From the NCBI RefSeq assembly GCF_009914755.1, contig NC_060927.1: 64,000 nt of DNA; one strand, 5' to 3'. This stretch comes from the human T2T-CHM13v2.0 reference genome, Homo sapiens. Under the pieces are notes generated by a model. It did not search any database. It was given only the letters and a program-made list of their open reading frames with translations, and was not told the DNA's origin. Positions within the stretch are counted from its first letter, which is position 1, and each line of letters opens with the position of its first letter. Positions 58,560 through 64,000 of this stretch are shown here, piece after piece. The translations under genes were made by a program, and so were the position numbers.

Positions 58560-59880
58560 CCCCAAAAGCTTCTCTTGCTCCATGTCCTCCATTCCAATTA
58601 TCACCTGAATTCTTCCCTTCACTATTAAAAAGCAAACTGGAAAACCTCGCACTCTTGAAAAAGCCGTGTGCATTCTCTACTTCTAATTTTTCTCTTCCTG
58701 TTGTCTCTGCGACTCATTCCAGCAGGGCTATCATTCCCACCACGTCACTGAAACTGCTCTTGTCAGTACCACTAATAGTTTCCGTATTGCCTAATGTAAT
58801 GGTTCAATTTTCAGTCTTCATTTTCTATACATTCTCAGGCGCAAGTCATACAATAGCTCATGCTGTCATCTAGTGTACACTCTCCCACTTGGCTTCCACT
58901 GTGCCATTATTTCTGGTTTTCCTCCTATCTTTCTCGTTGCTGTTTTCATCCTCCCTTGCAGTTATCTTCCCAGCATTATCATCTGGTCCATAATCTCTCA
59001 CCTGGATTACTGCAACGGCCTCCAAACTGGGCTCCCTGCTTCTCCATCGGTTTATTCTCAACACAATAGTCAGAGTGATCCCATTAAAATTAGGATGCTA
59101 GAGCAGGTCACTCCTGTGCTTAAAACTGCAAAGCTTCCTGTCTCTCTCAGAGTGAAAAACTAACCTCTTTATAGTGGCGTTTAAGTCCTATATCATCTGG
59201 ACACATGTTGCTTCTCTGACCTCATTTTCAACTACCTTCTTAGCTCACTCTGCTCCTGACAGGGTCCATCCTGCTGTCCCTCACAAAGAATGGCCATACT
59301 ATTGCTTCTGGGATTTTGCACATGACAGTCCTTCTCCTGAAATGCTCTTTCCCTAGACATTCTTATGACTCTCTTGCTCACCTCCTTCGGTCTTTGTATG
59401 TGTCATTTTCTCAGTGAGAACTACCCTGACCAGATTCCAACACTATCCATACCCTCACTTGTACTTTTTCCATACTACTTATCACCATTCAACATAAAGT
59501 TTATTTTGTTTGTATTAGTTTTGGTGGTGTTTATTGCTGTCTTCCCTTACTGCAGGGTCAGCATATTATGGTCTGTGGGTCCCATCTGGTCTGCTCCCTG
59601 TGTTTATAAATAACGTGTTAACGGAACACAGCAATGCTCATTCATTTGTGCACTGCTTACACACTGTCTATGACTGCTTTTGTGCAACAATGGCAGAGGT
59701 GAGCAGTTACAAAGAAATCCTATGTTTCACAAAGCCAAAAATACTCACTATCTGGCTCTACTGGAATATAAGGTCCCCAAGGGCAGAGATTTTTGTCTGT
59801 TTTATTCACTGCTGTATCCCCTGTGCCTAGAATGGTGCCTGGCATGGTAGTCACACAATAAATATTTGTTGAATTAACAA
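58560..59880 (+). mobile_element. L2 with nested MER58 (~59553-59760)
   Basis: cactgaaactgctcttgtca, tctcacctggattactgcaa, aataaatatttgttgaat 3' end. Confidence 0.85.
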
Positions 59881-60759
59881 CTACACATTATCTTATTTAT
59901 TTATATAAATTCAAAAAAATAAATTCGATGTTACAAAGAGCCTGAGACTAACAGAATTACATAGCTTACTAGGATTCTAGCAGAAGCAGTCTGGCCTTAG
60001 AGCTATCTCACTGTCCATATTTAAGAGAATGCTTTTGTAGTGAAAGTGGCATGGTAATGGAGTGACAGAATGGGCTTTGTCAGTCTAATTTGTCCAATGC
60101 AAAATTTAGCTCATATGAGAGCTTAATGAATGCTAATGGATGCTGATGTATTTATGGCATAAATTGAAGAGGAAAGGTATTGGGAAACACATTGGCCTAA
60201 TGTGTTGTATCTAAAATTATTTTTTACATGATGCCTTCAGTCATATGTCAGCAGTTATTGCTTCCCTGCAAGGAAATGTTCACATTTTGTTTACTTAATA
60301 CATATGTTAAGTATAAAAGGGCCAGAATCTGGTTTTTAAGTATCTACACATATAAAATAAAATGTTTTTTATGTTATGAACTCAGCTTATTGTGAATCAA
60401 ATTTTGTTCCTATAGAATGGCAAATGCACAATAAAATAATGTGACATGTTATTATTCATCAAATAGGTACCAGTTTTATTTTCCAGTTTTATTTATTTAT
60501 TTGTAATTAATATCACAAAAGGATTATGAGTACAAGCACATTTATGTTAGGTGCTTTTACAGATTGGATATTTCTAAGACTGTGCAATTCTAAGAGTATG
60601 AGAAAATACTACTGACATTTCTCAAGGCCTATGTTCAGATTCAAAATTTATAACATTTCTACTCAGTGTGGCCACATGGTGGTGTAAAACAATAAGATAT
60701 GGGTAAACAAAAAAAAATCACAGCACACAATCAGCTGTGTGGTCTCATTGGGCTGACTG

Positions 60760-61100
60760 GCTGAGACCTTGAAAAGTCATTCCGTTCATCACCTTGCCTT
60801 TAGGCAGGATCACACTTAAACCTTTCAAATGAGACTGATGAGAATCTATTCCGTTTTAAAGACCTCCACAGAAGGACATTGCTCTGCTCTCCTCACTGAT
60901 TCCAGAGTTTCAGAGCCATAAATAGCATCTTCTGCAGTTTTAGTCTGCTGGCTTTAGTTCTCTCTCCAGTGTTAATGCAACCCAACTACACCGTATTCTC
61001 TGAATAGAAGTCTAAATATCCTCACAATAATTTATTAATCTTCTTTTCCCTATGTTAATTAATTAACCCCAGTTGCTTCCATCTTTCTCCAAGTGACCTC
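60760..61100 (-). mobile_element. L3/CR1 fragment
   Basis: aggcagga...taaagacctccacagaagga motif. Confidence 0.55.
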
Positions 61101-61507
61101 TCTTTTTTTTTTTTTGCCATGAGTCAGTTTTGTGGTTGCTTTTCCAATTTATTTAAGTTTCTCCTTTTCTTCCTTCTACAATTGGAAAATGAACTCTCTC
61201 AAGAGTCTATGAATAATCTGTGATCTTTATATGCACCTATTTCATGTATGTAATTGTATAGGTACTTCTTAGAGGTATGTGTATGAGATCTAACTACAGA
61301 ATTCTTTTGTATTATTGATATGTTTAGGAGGTTGTTTCCTTTCTCCTATACTTAAAAAAGCTCAAGAACATATGTATATACGTTGTTAATTTTAGATAAA
61401 TTAATATTGTTGCAGAGTGTATTTTTCTTTTGACTATAAATACACACTAATATTAAAGATGATGTTCTTATGGGGAGAAGAGTGGAACTAGTAAATTCAT
61501 TCAAGCC

Positions 61508-61548
61508 AACACACACACACAAACACACACACTCACACACACACACAC
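61508..61548 (+). repeat. (CA)n microsatellite
   Basis: Seen directly. Confidence 0.95.
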
Positions 61549-61840
61549 AAAGCATCTTTATCTAGGCTCACATATTTTCCACACAGCAGCCAGTCACAAT
61601 GTTCTTTCCAAAAACGTAAAGGAAAATTATCTCAAAACCCAACCTCCTATGGTAGCCTACAATTCTTAACAGGCTGTTTTCCTCTTCAACACATTTTCCA
61701 TAACCCTCCAGTCAAGGCCCCACCCCCACCCCCTGGCCCCGCCCTGCTATTCCTAAACCAGAACCTTGTCCTTTTTCTAAATAAGCTTCACATTTTGTCA
61801 TTACCTGTGTTTACTTGCTTATTGCCTCCTTTCTCTAGTC

Positions 61841-62037
61841 CTGTGCTGTCCAATATGGGAACAACTAGCCATCTGTGGTTATTTATATTTAAATGAATTA
61901 AAATTAAAATTTTTAATTTAGTTTCTTGGGTACACAAGCACATTTCAGGTGCTCGGTAGCCCCATGTGGCTAGTGGATACCATCCTCAATGGCACAGGAT
62001 ATCTTCATCATCTCTGGAAGTTCTATCTGACGACGCT
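61841..62037 (-). mobile_element. MER3 (hAT)
   Basis: ctgtgctgtccaatat...catgtggctagtgg palindromic structure. Confidence 0.8.
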
Positions 62038-63139
62038 GATCTAGACTGTAAGCTACAGGAGCCTACCATTACAGTGCCTCCTACAACATCTGGTAATAGT
62101 TGTTGCTCAGTAAATTTTTAATAAACACTTTGCCTATTTAAGTGATCAGTAATTCATATCTGCTGTGTTTGGGCTTTCCTTCGGTTATCCATCTTCCTTC
62201 CCCCTTACTGCCTGCCCCTAGTCATTTGACAATCATTCATAAGGAGACTCAGCTTTGATAATGCTCTGGGTTCAGGAGTTTCAGTAGTTGGTGGTCACTG
62301 AAGAAGTTTTTCGGTCTCTGGACTTTTGTAACAAGCCTTCTTCTATGCCTAATTGCCTGATTCTAATATCTGGAATTTTTTCCTGAGACTGAGTCTCTAC
62401 CTATTGCAGCCCAAATCAAGTTTATAGGTTCCTGCCTTGATTATAATTCCAGATTCTGATGATTATTGGAGTTCTAGCCATGCTCCTGCAAGACTATCAA
62501 GTAATTGATGGGAATTTTTCTTGAGGTTTACTGCCTTCCTGCTAGTCTGAAATTTCAAATATTGCCTGTTCCTAGATTCTCAATTGGTAACAACAAAAAA
62601 CAACGGTACTACTACTGCTATTTGTAACAGCAGCTGATATTTACTGAGAGCTTATCATGTACATAGCAAGTGCTTTTACATCTCATTTAATTCCTAAAAT
62701 CAAGCTATAACTTGAAGAAGCTGAGGTTTAAGGAAGTTAATTTTCCAAAAAGTAGATGGCAGAGTTAGGATTCAACTAGATATATGGGACGCCTGAGGCT
62801 AATTTCATGTCAAGCTGTTGACTGTTGGTGTCCTCTCTAAAAACTATATTCACTGTGGTTGATTCAACTGTGTGTAATGCTATTGCCTGGTGATGCCTGG
62901 TCCTCCTCCCTTATCCCCCATGCATGCTTGTCTCACTAGCAGACATGTCCTATTCTTAGTTCTGGCTTATTAATATGACATGGTCAATTTTTTCTTTTCT
63001 GGCTGTGTCAAGAGAGGTGTTATTAAATCTATAGCAAATATATGCCTGATTGAAGAGGAATGGATAAATAGAACTCATTTCAGATATTTTTATGAAGTTT
63101 TGTTTTATTTTTGATTTCTTTTTCTGTGTGGAGCCCAAA

Positions 63140-63740
63140 AATCAGCAAATGTTTCTTGTTTTATTATAATAGGCAAGATTTGGAGTCATGGCAACATGCA
63201 GAAGTATGAAGACATGATGCCGATCTCTATGAGCTTCCAATTGGGCTATCAATATGACATCCATATTTAGCATATTTGACATGCCAAAATATCAGGCATT
63301 TTATATCCACAAAGAACCTTGCAAATGTTAAGTACCTTATGTTAACTAAGAAGTACAGATCATAAGTGCTATAGAATTTTAAAGAGGAAAACGATTACTT
63401 TTTTACTGTAATGGAATTTTCAGTGCTGAGACCTGAAGAATGGCTAGCATTATTTTTAAATAGTAATGAAGAAAAGGTAGCAGGTTTTTTATTTGGTTGG
63501 GGAGCAGGGACATATCACATGCTAGGGAATTGAAAGTAGAGGTATTAATGCAGAATCTCAGGAGAAGCAGAGGGTTTGTGTAGAGGAAGAAAGGGGGGAA
63601 ACGCTAGAAAATTATGTTAGGGACAGATTATGATAAACCTTGGATTTCAGGCAGATGAATTTAAACTTTATTCTATAGATGCAAGGGACAATTGAAGAGT
63701 TTTTGGAGGGAGGTAGCATGGGAACTTCTGGTTTAAAAAT
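63140..63740 (-). mobile_element. L2 fragment
   Basis: gctgagacctgaaga; aactttattctataga. Confidence 0.6.
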
Positions 63741-63786
63741 CTCAGCCATTGCTAGTCTGGATTTAATAATGGAAAGGAGGTCTTAC

Positions 63787-63930
63787 CTGGCCACAACCTG
63801 CCAGGCTTGTGTTTAATAGGGACAGTGATACTCTCTGGCTATATTGGGAACAATCCAGGGTTATCTGTATTTTGCTTTTTAGGTATGGGTTTGTAAGTGG
63901 TGTCTTTAATGTCTGGACCCCATTTGCTGT
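63787..63930 (-). pseudogene. Putative exon, 144 nt (phase 0 open: TANGVQ...GCGQ; phase 1: SKWGPDIKDTTYKPIPKKQNTDNPGLFPI*PESITVPIKHKPGRLWP)
   Basis: Acceptor tcttcttcattccag, donor CAG|gtaaga; length is a multiple of 3. Confidence 0.55.
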
Positions 63931-64000
63931 CTGGAATGAAGAAGATTGTCTTACCATGTTCATAGCTAAGTGCTCAGTAAATATTGATTGGCTGCTGTTA

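Noticed and set aside
58450-59830. Cluster of short ORFs
   Set aside because: Inside L2/MER58.

Overview
Primate (human-like; AluY present) AT-rich nuclear DNA with no CpG island and no intact protein-coding gene I can recognise. Much of the window is interspersed repeat: about 14 Alus, 2 FAM monomers, an ERVL MER21-like provirus with a nested ERV1 LTR, THE1/MLT1/LTR16-33 solo LTRs, old L1 fragments, L2, MIR, CR1, hAT MER elements and a U13 snoRNA retrocopy. Nearly all ORF-track entries are repeat artefacts. The main signal lies in the non-repeat DNA: about 20 GT-AG-bounded segments on the minus strand run from 63930 to 19. Many are open or nearly open in phase-compatible frames, with scattered stops. 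This looks like a decayed multi-exon gene (candidate unitary pseudogene, possibly still transcribed) that extends past both ends. I could not identify the protein. Exons were called by eye, and repeat subfamily names come from remembered consensus sequences and need RepeatMasker confirmation.
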